A DNA stretch of 64,000 nucleotides from Eggerthellaceae bacterium (GCA_017434045.1 JAFRGA010000081.1:1813-65812), one strand, 5' to 3'; counted from the first letter of the stretch, positions 19,264 to 28,253 are shown. The notes: generated by a model not told the origin, from the sequence alone. Numbers and translations: made by a program.

Positions 19264-19891
19264 ACTTGTTTGTTGTCCCGTTGGTGTATGTGGCCAATTA
19301 TGGAACAAATAGTTCGGAAATTAAAGGAGGCATGGTGCTCCGAAGAGCGCCCCTTAAATTTTTTGAGTGCTCTTCCAGCGCGAAAAAGGAACACCCCGGC
19401 CGAAGCCGAGGTGTTCATGATGGTAATTTGAACCCAGAATCGAGTTACTTCAGGCGCTCGGTGTAAATCAGGTTGCTGGCCTGATGATAGCCTTCTATGC
19501 GGAGCGGATAGGTGATCGTGCCCGCCAGCTTAGCGTCGCGGATGATCGTCTCGATGAGCTCGTTGAGGGTCATATTGCCGTAGTCGCGAACCTTCTCCAT
19601 GTCACGTTTCCTTTCACTAGGATTTACAACATGTCAAACATAGCGAATGAAAGCGCAAAAGTGCATATAATACTGGAAGAAACATATTGGATGTAGGCTA
19701 TGTGATGCTATAAAATATAATTGAACATATAGAAATACCAGCTAGATACGAAATATTGAGACAATTGCACGAAACGCAACGCGTTGCTTTCTTTGCAATG
19801 CGTGCCCAATGGCTTTTGTGCAATACAAGTGGGAACCAAAAAAATGACGAGAAAATGACACGTGCTGTCGCCCGAGTAGCTGGGAAAGCTT

Positions 19892-20866
19892 GTGGAAATC
19901 AACCATCTTATAGAGTTCATGTACCTCGCTGAAACGCTCAGCTTCAAACGCACGGCCGATTACTTCTACGTCAGCCGGTCCGTTATCAGCAGGCATCTCG
20001 CGGCACTCGAGGACACGCTCGGCGTGAAACTCGTCGAGCGCGGCAGCCATTCGGTACACCTCACCGAGGCGGGGAAGGTGTTTCACCGCGAGGCACAGAA
20101 TGTGCTGAGGGCGTATGCCAATGCGGTTGATCGTGCGCGTGAAGCCGGAAACGTGATGGATCCGATTGTGCATATCGGCTATCTGAAAAACGCTGCGCGT
20201 CCAGTAATCGTGCAGTTCGTGCGTTTCATGCGGCACGAACACCCGAGTCTTCCCCTCGAGATGACGTGCATGGAGTACAGCGAGCTTCGTCGGGCTATGG
20301 ACGAGGGGTCGGTCGACATCGCGTTGGCGGTGAACGTCGACCCGCGCATTTCCCGCAACTATCGGTCGACGCTGATTTACACCGACCGGTTCTATGCGGT
20401 TATGAGCAAGGACCACCCGCTTGCCTCGCATGCAGCCGGCATCGATATCTCGGAGCTACCAGACGAGAAGCTGCTTTTGCCCGATAGTTTTATCTTTGCC
20501 GGGCTCAGCGAGCTCATCGATGAGATTATCGAAAAGAAATCCCAGATCAAAGCACGTGAGTACTACGGCGACATCGATTTGCTGTATTTGAAGGTCCAAG
20601 CCGAGGGATATGTGGCGTTCTCGTCGGGTTTGAACAACTCCATGTTCGGCGATCAATTCGCGGCCGTTCCCGTCACTGGGATTGACACCTCGTTTTCAGT
20701 GAGCGCCTTCTATTCCGACAGCTTGCCTGAAAAGGCCTACCAAGCCTGCCGGGAAGGTTTCGAATCCTGTCGCGACGCCATGAAGGATTGGAACGCCTCG
20801 CAAGGCTCATCTCCCATAGGCTTTTCCCTCGCGAGCTTCGACAAGCTTCCCGACTCGCTCATCTAA
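19892..20866 (+). CDS. LysR-family transcriptional regulator
   Basis: It has the HTH segment LSFKRTADYFYVSRSVISRHLAALEDTLGVKLVER followed by a LysR substrate-binding domain. GTG start. Confidence 0.85.
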   Translation: MEINHLIEFMYLAETLSFKRTADYFYVSRSVISRHLAALEDTLGVKLVERGSHSVHLTEAGKVFHREAQNVLRAYANAVDRAREAGNVMDPIVHIGYLKNAARPVIVQFVRFMRHEHPSLPLEMTCMEYSELRRAMDEGSVDIALAVNVDPRISRNYRSTLIYTDRFYAVMSKDHPLASHAAGIDISELPDEKLLLPDSFIFAGLSELIDEIIEKKSQIKAREYYGDIDLLYLKVQAEGYVAFSSGLNNSMFGDQFAAVPVTGIDTSFSVSAFYSDSLPEKAYQACREGFESCRDAMKDWNASQGSSPIGFSLASFDKLPDSLI

Positions 20867-21009
20867 TGTGGAAAAGGGTCAGACCCTTTTCCACATCCGC
20901 CGCTTGCGGGCAAATGCACCATTTCACTGTTTGAGCTGCGCGAAAGCCACAAGCGTTTCGCTCACAAACGCCGTCACAATGTGGAAAAGGGTCTGACCCT
21001 TTTCCACGT
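20866..21009. repeat. MITE-like element, copy 1 (two mutually inverted 29-31-bp self-palindromic ends flanking an ~83-nt core)
   Basis: The left end is ATGTGGAAAAGGGTCAGACCCTTTTCCACAT (20866-20896). The right end is TGTGGAAAAGGGTCTGACCCTTTTCCACG (20980-21008). The core is nearly identical to those of copies 3 and 4. The element abuts the LysR stop codon. Confidence 0.85.
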
Positions 21010-21023
21010 TACCGGAGATCCGA

Positions 21024-21923
21024 TCACATCATTTGCTCGATATGCTTGCGCACGATTTGCAGGAAGCGGGTCTCTTCGTTTGACGTTGGCTTTCCCTGTT
21101 GACGAATGTAGTGAAGAGAATTGCTCGTATCGATATCGCCGAGCTCGAATGAGCGTAGCGAATCATGCCCCATCAGGTAAGTCGAGGGAACAACGGTGGC
21201 GCCAATCCCGTCCGATACGAGAGCAAGCGCGAGCGAGGCGCTGCAATCGCGCACAATCACGTCAAGTTGGATGCTCCTGGTGTCGATGAGGTAATCGATT
21301 ATCGTGCTGAAGTACCGATCGCACGCAGGAATCACAAGCGGTATGCCCTCGAGTTGCGAGAGGAACACGCGCTTTGCAGTGGGATCAATATGGGGCAGCT
21401 CCAGGTTTTTCGAGATCGCGACAACAAGGCGCTCATGGCAAAGTACTTTCAAATCGTAATGGCCTGAATCGGCGGTTAGAGGTGTGAGCAGCGCGAAATC
21501 CACGCCATCGGTCAGAAACGAGTGTTGTAGTTGCTCGAGAGAGGCTATCTCGACGAACTCTATCGTGCAGCTGTGGAAGGATTCGTGAAACTCTACGATT
21601 GGGCCAGCCAAGAGCGCGTCGGCCCGCGCCATGGGCACGCCCACGCGAAGCCGTCGCCGCTTGTTCCTCACCATGCTGTGAACCTCGCGGTTCATGTCGG
21701 CTTCGATTGCTATTGCGCGTTGTGCGTAGCGAATGACCACTTCGCCAAATTGCGTGGGAACGAGCGGTTGCGACGAGCGGTCGAACAGCTCGCAGCCAAG
21801 TTTTTCTTCAAGGCGCTTCAGGCGTTGCGAGAGCGCAGGCTGAGAGATGCATTCGCTGCGCGCAGCTTTGCTTATGGAGCCGTGGTTCGCGATAGCTGCG
21901 ATATACCTAAAATCTTCGTTCAC
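21024..21923 (-). CDS. LysR-family transcriptional regulator
   Basis: It has the HTH segment GSISKAARSECISQPALSQRLKRLEEKLGCELFDR. It is divergent from the unknown gene at 22100. Confidence 0.88.
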   Translation of the reverse strand: MNEDFRYIAAIANHGSISKAARSECISQPALSQRLKRLEEKLGCELFDRSSQPLVPTQFGEVVIRYAQRAIAIEADMNREVHSMVRNKRRRLRVGVPMARADALLAGPIVEFHESFHSCTIEFVEIASLEQLQHSFLTDGVDFALLTPLTADSGHYDLKVLCHERLVVAISKNLELPHIDPTAKRVFLSQLEGIPLVIPACDRYFSTIIDYLIDTRSIQLDVIVRDCSASLALALVSDGIGATVVPSTYLMGHDSLRSFELGDIDTSNSLHYIRQQGKPTSNEETRFLQIVRKHIEQMM

Positions 21924-22099
21924 GTTGTGTCTCTGCCCGATGTTTGCGCACGTAACATGCTTGGAGCGGCGGGGCGTTTACCGCTTGCAAGCCCATAACA
22001 AAATGCAATATTTATCCTCTAACAAGTATTATACATGAACGCATATACTCATTCGCGGAATCCCTTACGTGGGCAGCTCAACAAGAAAGGGTGAGTTTC

Positions 22100-22720
22100 A
22101 TGGAGAAAATCTACACCGCAATCGGCAACTTCTACAACGAGGATCCGTCAACGCTCATTGACGTGCCTGATGACGAGCAAGAGATATACGCCACCATCGA
22201 GAAGATCATGGAGACTTGCCCTGCAGGCACGGAGCTGACCAACGAGCAGATCCAGATCATTCGCGCTTACCTGCCGGCAGTCGGCTGCGACGAGGCAACG
22301 CAGGATGACAACTACTCCTTGCAAGGCAAGGGCACGGTTACGAAGACCGCCGAGGGTTGCGGCATAAAGGTCGAAGCTACTGGAGAGCTCGACGTCGAGA
22401 GCCGTTGGGAGCAGCATCACGATCGCAAGCAATGGACTGGCTGCATGAATGTGAAGCGCGTCGGCGGCGAGGCAGAGGTGAAAGAGCTTACGTTCGATTT
22501 CTACTACTTCTCCGTCGGTCTCAGCGTTAACAACCGTCCGATCGTTCTGTATAACGAGCATTATCGCCGTTCGTTCAACGACCCGTACCATCTGGCCGAT
22601 TTCAATGGCGGCGGTACTGCGCAGGCTTCCCGTTGCGATATTTCTAAGCACATCCAGTGGGGCTTCTACATGCATGCAAAGTGCTCCGTGCGCACCGACG
22701 AGGGCACGCTGGTTATCTAA
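22100..22720 (+). CDS. hypothetical protein (no recognisable motif)
   Basis: The ORF is 206 aa. The ATG at 22100 follows AAAGGGTGAG. It is divergent from a LysR gene and is followed by a strong hairpin. Confidence 0.6.
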   Translation: MEKIYTAIGNFYNEDPSTLIDVPDDEQEIYATIEKIMETCPAGTELTNEQIQIIRAYLPAVGCDEATQDDNYSLQGKGTVTKTAEGCGIKVEATGELDVESRWEQHHDRKQWTGCMNVKRVGGEAEVKELTFDFYYFSVGLSVNNRPIVLYNEHYRRSFNDPYHLADFNGGGTAQASRCDISKHIQWGFYMHAKCSVRTDEGTLVI

Positions 22721-22789
22721 AGCGACCTGCAGGGTTATGTGCGTGGACGAGAGGTTGGCGCACCGCTCTCGTGTCCATGTAGAAACAAA

Positions 22790-22818
22790 GGGCTGCAGCT
22801 CTTCGCGAGCTGCAGCCC
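22790..22818. terminator. 12-bp-stem hairpin GGGCTGCAGCTC-TTCGC-GAGCTGCAGCCC between convergent genes (bidirectional terminator candidate)
   Basis: Perfect stem read directly, located between the stop codons at 22720 and 22844. Confidence 0.6.
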
Positions 22819-22843
22819 GTTCAGTATTGCTTCGAGACGCGCG

Positions 22844-23191
22844 CTATTCCTTCGCTGCGCTCATCTCGTCGAAGGCAGCAAGAGCCTTTGCGGAATATGC
22901 CCACCCGGGGCCGCCGCACAGCATGATCGTCGGATTGAGGGCGGCAGCCAGCTCCTCGCGCGTCACGCCCAAATCGACGCAAACCTGAACATGAGCCAGC
23001 ATGCAAGGCTCGCACTTCCTTGCGACGCTCACCGCTACGCTGATCAGCTCGATGGTCTTGAAGTCAATGGCCTTGCCGTCCTTGCAGCTTGCGCTGCGTA
23101 CCTGGCCAAAGCCTTCGATAACATCCGGACTCAGCTTCGCGAACTCTCCCCATTGCGCCTTCGCGGCGGCCAGCTCGTCGATATAACCCAT
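22844..23191 (-). CDS. carboxymuconolactone decarboxylase (AhpD-like) family protein
   Basis: It has an AhpD-type CxxC motif (KCEPCMLAH) and is about 115 aa. The ATG at 23191 (MGYIDEL) follows AAAGGAG. Confidence 0.85.
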   Translation of the reverse strand: MGYIDELAAAKAQWGEFAKLSPDVIEGFGQVRSASCKDGKAIDFKTIELISVAVSVARKCEPCMLAHVQVCVDLGVTREELAAALNPTIMLCGGPGWAYSAKALAAFDEMSAAKE

Positions 23192-23635
23192 GACTACTCC
23201 TTTCGTTGAGAGCGGCAATTTAGCTCCGAATTGGAGCTTCCGACGAACGGAGTGTAAATCCGCGAAAGATGTAATTCATCGCAACTAAAAATAATCTATT
23301 GTAAGAATATTAATTACATTTGCGAATAATAATTCGCGGAAAGAATGATTCCTGTTAGCGGACTCATCGCGCAATCGTAAGGCCACACACGCCATCGTTC
23401 GATCGAATCATAAACCTGAAATGCGCGAACAGCCTTCTGCAGTCACGTTATTCAAACTGAAGTTATATCCTTGATTGAAAATCGATTTAAGCAAGGATAA
23501 ACTAATGCTATTGAAGTAGGCTTGTTTAAGAATAATCTTTCTTTGGAAACCTTGTGCAAGCTTGGCGTGGAAACGCTTCTCATGGAAAGCAATCGGGCCG
23601 GTTCAGATCGGCAAACTACAGACAAGGGGTGCACG

Positions 23636-24241
23636 GTGAACGTGAATGCAGAAGCGCCGGTTTGCCCGGGTTGCCATTTCGGATGCTTGGTGAGCGGCTA
23701 CAGATGCGGTCGGGGAAAAGCCTTCCACGACCTATGGGTCGATGGCAAGCCCGTTCCGGAACGTCGCAAGCCGCCGATTATGCGTTCGGGGGGCGCGGAG
23801 AAGGCTCCGCAAGGTGGTCCGATGCCTTCCAGCGACATGCGCATCATGCACGGGCTCAACATCATGGCGAACATCCTGCAGGATCGTCACACCGAGTCGG
23901 CTGAGCGCAAGGTTCTCATGGCCGCCGGTCGCCAGGGAGGGTTCTTCGCCTGCGATATGCTGGCCAAGCGTACGCTCGTGGATGACGAGCGTGTTCTTGA
24001 GGCCGTTTCATTCCTCGTCGAGCGGGGGTTTGCCGAGCGCGTGCTCGAAGAGGTTGCTGGGGAGGTCTTGCGCATCACCCCGACAGGAAAAGAACAGCTG
24101 GCCGAATGGGATGCCGAGCGCGACGCGGCTACAGCCGACTTCCTGTCCCCGCTCGACGGTGACGAGAAGGCGCAACTCGCAGATATGCTGTTTCGGATCA
24201 TACAAGCCGAGTTAGAGAAGAATAAGGGCGGCAGTTGCTAA
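23636..24241 (+). CDS. MarR-like winged-helix regulator with N-terminal 4-Cys module
   Basis: The N-terminus reads CPGCHFGCLVSGYRC. The C-terminal region looks like a wHTH (VLEAVSFLVERGFAERV...RITPTGKEQL). The proposed GTG start at 23636 is 6 nt after AAGGGG; this start is uncertain. Confidence 0.5.
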   Translation: MNVNAEAPVCPGCHFGCLVSGYRCGRGKAFHDLWVDGKPVPERRKPPIMRSGGAEKAPQGGPMPSSDMRIMHGLNIMANILQDRHTESAERKVLMAAGRQGGFFACDMLAKRTLVDDERVLEAVSFLVERGFAERVLEEVAGEVLRITPTGKEQLAEWDAERDAATADFLSPLDGDEKAQLADMLFRIIQAELEKNKGGSC

Positions 24242-24350
24242 TGTGGAAAAGGGTCAGACCCTTTTCCACATCCGCTCCTTGCGGACAAGTGCATCATCCC
24301 ACTGTCGGTGCTATGCAAAAGCCGCGTGAGGTTCGCTTCACAATCGCCGT
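24241..24350. repeat. MITE-like element, copy 2 (partial: one palindromic end plus a degenerate core, second end missing)
   Basis: ATGTGGAAAAGGGTCAGACCCTTTTCCACAT occupies 24241-24271. It is followed by a diverged version of the shared core (CCGCTCCTTGCGGACAAGTGCATCATCCCACTG...). Confidence 0.75.
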
Positions 24351-24463
24351 CCCCGTTCATCACTGTTCGTATAGGCGCTCCTAGATAGACGTAGCGGATT
24401 CGCTGAGCCCGAAAATCTGCTGGCTTGGCAGCAACCTCAGCGGCAAGCGCGTTCTCAAAAACG

Positions 24464-24492
24464 TTGAGGTATGTAGAATACGCTGATATAAT
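24464..24492 (+). promoter_or_regulatory. near-consensus sigma-70-type promoter (TTGAGG - 17 nt - TATAAT) for the toxin-antitoxin operon
   Basis: Hexamers read directly, about 45 nt upstream of the antitoxin ATG. Confidence 0.5.
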
Positions 24493-24536
24493 AACGATAA
24501 AATAACAGATGATAATACGTATAGAAATGAGCGAAT

Positions 24537-24827
24537 ATGGAAGCGATTTATTCGATGACCGCTTTGCAACGCAATACGTCCGAGGTGAAGGAGGCGGCCC
24601 GAGCGGATTTGGTTCGCATAACCGAGCAGGGGGGAACCGGGTTCGTTTTTGCGAGCGAGGAGGCCTTCGAGCGGCGAATCGCGGCTGAGCGCGAAGATGC
24701 TGCGTACGAGGCTCGCCTGCTCGAAGCGGTTGGGCGCGGTGTGGCCGATATCGGGGCAGGACGGTTCACGGAATCCATCGACGATGCTTTCGAAAGGGCC
24801 GATGCTATGCGGAGCCGCTATGCCTAA
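24537..24827 (+). CDS. type II antitoxin (Phd/YefM-like)
   Basis: The protein is 96 aa. Its N-terminus (AIYSMTALQRNTSEVKEAARADLVRITEQGGTGFVFASEEAFE) is typical of Phd/YefM antitoxins. Its stop overlaps the toxin start (ATGCCTAA). Confidence 0.75.
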   Translation: MEAIYSMTALQRNTSEVKEAARADLVRITEQGGTGFVFASEEAFERRIAAEREDAAYEARLLEAVGRGVADIGAGRFTESIDDAFERADAMRSRYA

Positions 24828-25086
24828 GAAGCTCCGTATCGCCGACGAGTTCGTTTATGCGCTCGCTGGAATCTACTCTCAACGTGTGCGCGACCATATC
24901 CGTAACCTGATTTCGTTGCTCCCGGAAAACCCCGAGCTTGGATCGGCGAACGTTAGGCAAAGCCTCTCAGATCGTTATGGGATCGGCATCAGGAAAATTC
25001 CCGTTTCAACGTTCGTGATCGTGTACCGCATCTCTGATGATTTTATCGACGTCCTTGCGCTCGTATACGGGCCATCGATTGTGTGA
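24820..25086 (+). CDS. type II toxin, RelE/ParE family
   Basis: The protein is 88 aa (MPKKLRIADEF...GIRKIPVSTFVIVYRISDDFIDVLALVYG). It has a 4-8 nt overlap with the antitoxin gene. The start at ATG 24820 lies inside the longer track ORF. Confidence 0.75.
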   Translation: MPKKLRIADEFVYALAGIYSQRVRDHIRNLISLLPENPELGSANVRQSLSDRYGIGIRKIPVSTFVIVYRISDDFIDVLALVYGPSIV

Positions 25087-25176
25087 TCATCGCGTAGCTT
25101 GCGAAGCGGCAGCTCTGAGCTTCGCGTCGGTTCGGCTGTGCTCTTGCTGTTTTAGCGTCACGGTACCATGACTTTG

Positions 25177-25340
25177 ATGTGGAAAAGGGTCAGACCCTTT
25201 TCCACATCCGCCGCTTGCGGGCAAATGCGCCATTTCACTGTTTGAGCTGCGCGAAAGCCACAAGCGTTTCGCTCAAAAACGCCGTCACAATGTGGAAAAG
25301 GGTCTGACCCTTTTCCACATCGGTCGCTTGCGGGCAAGCA
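25177..25340. repeat. MITE-like element, copy 3 (complete, plus a ~20-nt restart of the core after the second end)
   Basis: The ends lie at 25177-25207 and 25291-25320. The core differs from copy 1 by only a few substitutions. The element lies between the toxin stop and the modD stop. Confidence 0.85.
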
Positions 25341-25342
25341 TT

Positions 25343-26185
25343 TTATTCCGCTGTCATGCGGACGCTCATGTCGATGGGCTTGGCGGTGAAGGGGGCTGTT
25401 GTGGCAAGGCCGTCGACGCCGGTGGCAGCGTAGGCGGCGGCGTTTTGCGGGTTAACGCCTCCAGCCGCGATGAGCGTGATATGCAAGTTCACGGCGCGTA
25501 GGTCCTTCACAAGGGCAGCTAGCTCCTCAACAGGCACCTTGTCGAATTGGATGCCGTCGATGCCGGCAGCGGCAAGGATGCGCGCCTGATTGGCGGAGGC
25601 TTCCACGAACAGCTTCTTCTCGATGCAGCGGCTGCGGAACTCGGGGATGCGCTTCACAAACTCATCGAAGCCGCCGAGGAACTTCATATGATGGTCGAAC
25701 ACGAGCACGGTCTCCGATAGCCCCAGGCGATGGGGAAAAGCGCCGCCCGCCATGACCGCTTCGACGAGCAGGTCCTTGCAGCCGGGCATGCTCTTGCGGG
25801 TGGTCAGTACCTCGCACTGCGGATTGACTTCGTGGACGGCGTCCACCATTGTGCGTGTTTTCGTGGCGACGGCGCTCAGGTGGTCAAGCAGGTTCAGGCC
25901 AACTTTCCATACCTGATGAAGATTGTCCGCCAATCCACGTACCTGGAGTATCGGCTCGTCAGGCGCAATGCGATTGCCTGTTTTTGCGAACACATCCACC
26001 GTGCAGCCTGCGTTTTTCGCCAAGCGCGCCACCTCGTCGACGCCGGCGACCACGCACGCCTCACGCGAGAAATACTCCATGGTTCCCGAAGCCTCGCTTA
26101 TGCCCAGGATCATGCTTGTCAAGTCAACATAGGGCACGTCTTCGGCCATGAAGTAGTCCAAACGTGCATCTGAAATGCGCAGCAT
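25343..26185 (-). CDS. modD: ModD (molybdenum-transport-associated, quinolinate phosphoribosyltransferase-like)
   Basis: It has the ModD-like N-terminus (LDYFMAEDVPYVDLTS) and a QPRTase-fold C-terminus. It is divergent from modABC. Confidence 0.8.
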   Translation of the reverse strand: MLRISDARLDYFMAEDVPYVDLTSMILGISEASGTMEYFSREACVVAGVDEVARLAKNAGCTVDVFAKTGNRIAPDEPILQVRGLADNLHQVWKVGLNLLDHLSAVATKTRTMVDAVHEVNPQCEVLTTRKSMPGCKDLLVEAVMAGGAFPHRLGLSETVLVFDHHMKFLGGFDEFVKRIPEFRSRCIEKKLFVEASANQARILAAAGIDGIQFDKVPVEELAALVKDLRAVNLHITLIAAGGVNPQNAAAYAATGVDGLATTAPFTAKPIDMSVRMTAE

Positions 26186-26335
26186 GCTTGCCCCCTCTAA
26201 TTATTTTAATCACAGTAATATGCTTGGTTGAAAAGCATCATTAACAAGAATAATCTAACACTGTGAAAGCAAGCTTGTTCGAGAATAATCTGGTTTCGGA
26301 TTACTTACACAGGTTAGGGAAGGAAGCGAGGAACC

Positions 26336-27268
26336 ATGATGGTAAACAAGGCAAATGATCGGCTGTACTCGAGACGCGATATGCTGAAACTCACGGGTAT
26401 TGCGGGCATTACGTTTGCAGGAAGCGCGCTGCTGGCCGGCTGCTCGTCGTCTGGCGGATCGCCGTCTGGCAGCTCGTCGTCGGAGGCGAAAAGCACTTCT
26501 GCAAGTGCCGAAGCCGCCGCCTCTTCAGCGGCTTCACAGGCCAGCTCTTCCGGGGCGGCTGCTAGCAGCGCATCCGCAACTGCCTCATCGCTCAAGGGCG
26601 CTCAGCTCAACATCTATTGCGGTGCGGGCATGACCGATCCGTTCACCGAGATCGCCGAAGCTTTCGAAGCCGAGACTGGCTGCAAGATGAACGTCACGTT
26701 CGCCAACGCCGCCCAGATCCAGACGCAGATTGACACCACGAAAGAAGGTGACTTCTTCATTGCAGGTTCGGCCGAGGAGCTCAAGCCGGTTGAACAGTAC
26801 GTGAAGGAGAGCAAGAGCCTCGTCAAGCACATCCCAGTCATCGCGGTGCCTTCCGACAATCCCAAGGGCATTGCCAGCCTTGCCGACCTGGCCAATGTCG
26901 ATCTGCTTCTCATCGGCGACCCAGAATCGACCCCGATCGGCAAGATTGCCAAGAAGTCGCTCACCGATGCGGGCATTTGGGAAGGCCTCCAGGCGCGAGG
27001 CGCTGTTACCACGACTACGACCGCTCCGCAGATTGCTTCGGCGCTTGCCAGCGGCGAAGGCGATGCAGGCATCGTCTGGAAGGAGAACGTCAAGGCTGAC
27101 GGAGCCACGATCGTTGGTACGCCCGATCTCGACAGCTACGTGAAGGTCGTTCCGGCTGCTCTGCTCACCTCGGTGGCCGACGAAGCTGCTGCAACAGCGT
27201 TCCAAGATTACCTGGGCTCCGCGGCTGCTCAGGAAACTTGGAAAAAGTACGGCTACGAACTGGCATAG
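26336..27268 (+). CDS. modA: molybdate ABC transporter substrate-binding lipoprotein
   Basis: It has a signal plus lipobox (FAGSALLAGCSSS), a Ser/Ala-rich linker and ModA-like sequence (LNIYCGAGMTDPF, VTFANAAQI, DLLLIGDPESTPIGK). It is followed by modB and modC. Confidence 0.88.
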   Translation: MMVNKANDRLYSRRDMLKLTGIAGITFAGSALLAGCSSSGGSPSGSSSSEAKSTSASAEAAASSAASQASSSGAAASSASATASSLKGAQLNIYCGAGMTDPFTEIAEAFEAETGCKMNVTFANAAQIQTQIDTTKEGDFFIAGSAEELKPVEQYVKESKSLVKHIPVIAVPSDNPKGIASLADLANVDLLLIGDPESTPIGKIAKKSLTDAGIWEGLQARGAVTTTTTAPQIASALASGEGDAGIVWKENVKADGATIVGTPDLDSYVKVVPAALLTSVADEAAATAFQDYLGSAAAQETWKKYGYELA

Positions 27269-27334
27269 CGTATTCTTTCCCTTGCGTTGCGGGCGTTGGT
27301 GGAAGCCGGCGCCCGCAACGTAGCTAATGTCTTT

Positions 27335-28234
27335 ATGTCGATTCGTCCGCATTCCCAGAATAAGCATGCAGGCCGCAAACGCGACTTGTTTCCTGCGCTC
27401 TGCATCGTCATCGCATGTGTTCCCTTGCTGTTCATCGGGGGCGCGATTCTGACCATCATCGCAGGTGGCGTCACGCATGTCGGCCAGGCGGTCACATCAG
27501 ACGAGGTCATGTTCTCCCTGCGCATGAGCGTGGTGACGTCGACTATCTCGACGACGCTTTGCCTCCTGTTGGCGTTGCCGACGTCCTATGCGCTCACGCG
27601 AACGAACATGCCGCTCAAGCGTGCGGCGGAAACGCTCATGCAGCTGACGCTCTCGCTGCCCTACATCTTGTTGGGTTTCGCATTGTTGCTCATGTTCTCA
27701 TCTCCAGCGGGAAAGGCCCTAAAAGACATCGGGTTTGCGGTGGTGTTCCAGCCTGTGGGAATCGTGTTCGCTCAGCTTATCGTCAACCTACCGTTTTCGA
27801 TTCGCATGGTACGCACGGCGTTTGGCGATGTGAACCCGCGTATGGAGTTCGTGGCGAAAACGCTCGGCGCGAGCTCGTTTGAGACGTTTCGCACCATCAT
27901 TTTGTCCATTTGCCGCAACTCGATTATCTCGACGTTCGTGCTCACTTGGGCTCGTGGCATGGGGGAGTTCGGCGCGACGCTCATGCTCGTAGGCGTTACG
28001 CGCATGCGCACGGAAACGCTGCCAGGCAGCGTGTATCTCTCCATTTCGACGGGTAATACCGACACGGCGATGGCCACGGCAATGATCATGCTGATCGTCT
28101 CTGCCGTCACGCTTGTGGCGGCTAACGTTTTGAGCAAGCCTGTTGGCGGTAGCCGCGTCGAGCGACGGCGTCGCACACGCAAACAAGAGTTACCAATCAA
28201 CGACCCCGTAGGCGATCAGCCGCTCGCGGGGTAA
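27335..28234 (+). CDS. modB: molybdate ABC transporter permease
   Basis: It is a multi-TM protein with the ABC permease EAA-like loop (KTLGASSFETFRTIILSI). The start at ATG 27335 is uncertain. Confidence 0.82.
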   Translation: MSIRPHSQNKHAGRKRDLFPALCIVIACVPLLFIGGAILTIIAGGVTHVGQAVTSDEVMFSLRMSVVTSTISTTLCLLLALPTSYALTRTNMPLKRAAETLMQLTLSLPYILLGFALLLMFSSPAGKALKDIGFAVVFQPVGIVFAQLIVNLPFSIRMVRTAFGDVNPRMEFVAKTLGASSFETFRTIILSICRNSIISTFVLTWARGMGEFGATLMLVGVTRMRTETLPGSVYLSISTGNTDTAMATAMIMLIVSAVTLVAANVLSKPVGGSRVERRRRTRKQELPINDPVGDQPLAG

Positions 28235-28253
28235 GTGACCATGTGAGAGGGCC

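Larger units (their letters stand above)
17722..19265 (+). mobile_element. IS110-family insertion sequence (boundaries approximate)
   Basis: It contains the DEDD/Ser recombinase gene, flanked by about 240 nt (5') and about 140 nt (3') of structured non-coding DNA. No terminal inverted repeats are present, as expected for IS110. The ends could not be fixed from a single copy. Confidence 0.55.

Noticed and set aside
19445-19599. A possible small minus-strand gene (MEKVRDYGNMTLN... with a GAAAGGAAAC RBS). It would read ...LIETIIRDAKLAGTITYPLRIEGYHQASNLIYTERLK if a 1-nt frameshift near 19560 is assumed.
   Set aside because: As written, the two halves are in different frames and the ATG frame stops after about 34 codons. 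No family was recognised. It lies in decayed AT-rich DNA next to the IS110 element. At best it is a pseudogene. Only resequencing could revive it.
20981-21289. ORFs beginning MEKGLTLFH (20981-21289 and 25292-25501) and the minus-strand ORFs across 28683-29064.
   Set aside because: Their starts are translations of the palindromic end of the MITE-like element (ATGTGGAAAAGGGTCTGACCC...). The remainder is antisense to LysR, modD or modC.
26186-26335. I looked for a molybdenum-cofactor (Moco) riboswitch upstream of modA/modD and upstream of the molybdoenzyme operon (555-712).
   Set aside because: Both regions are short and AT-rich. They lack the extended GC-paired stems and conserved loops I associate with the Moco motif. 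They look like promoter/operator DNA instead. An Infernal scan would be the decisive test.
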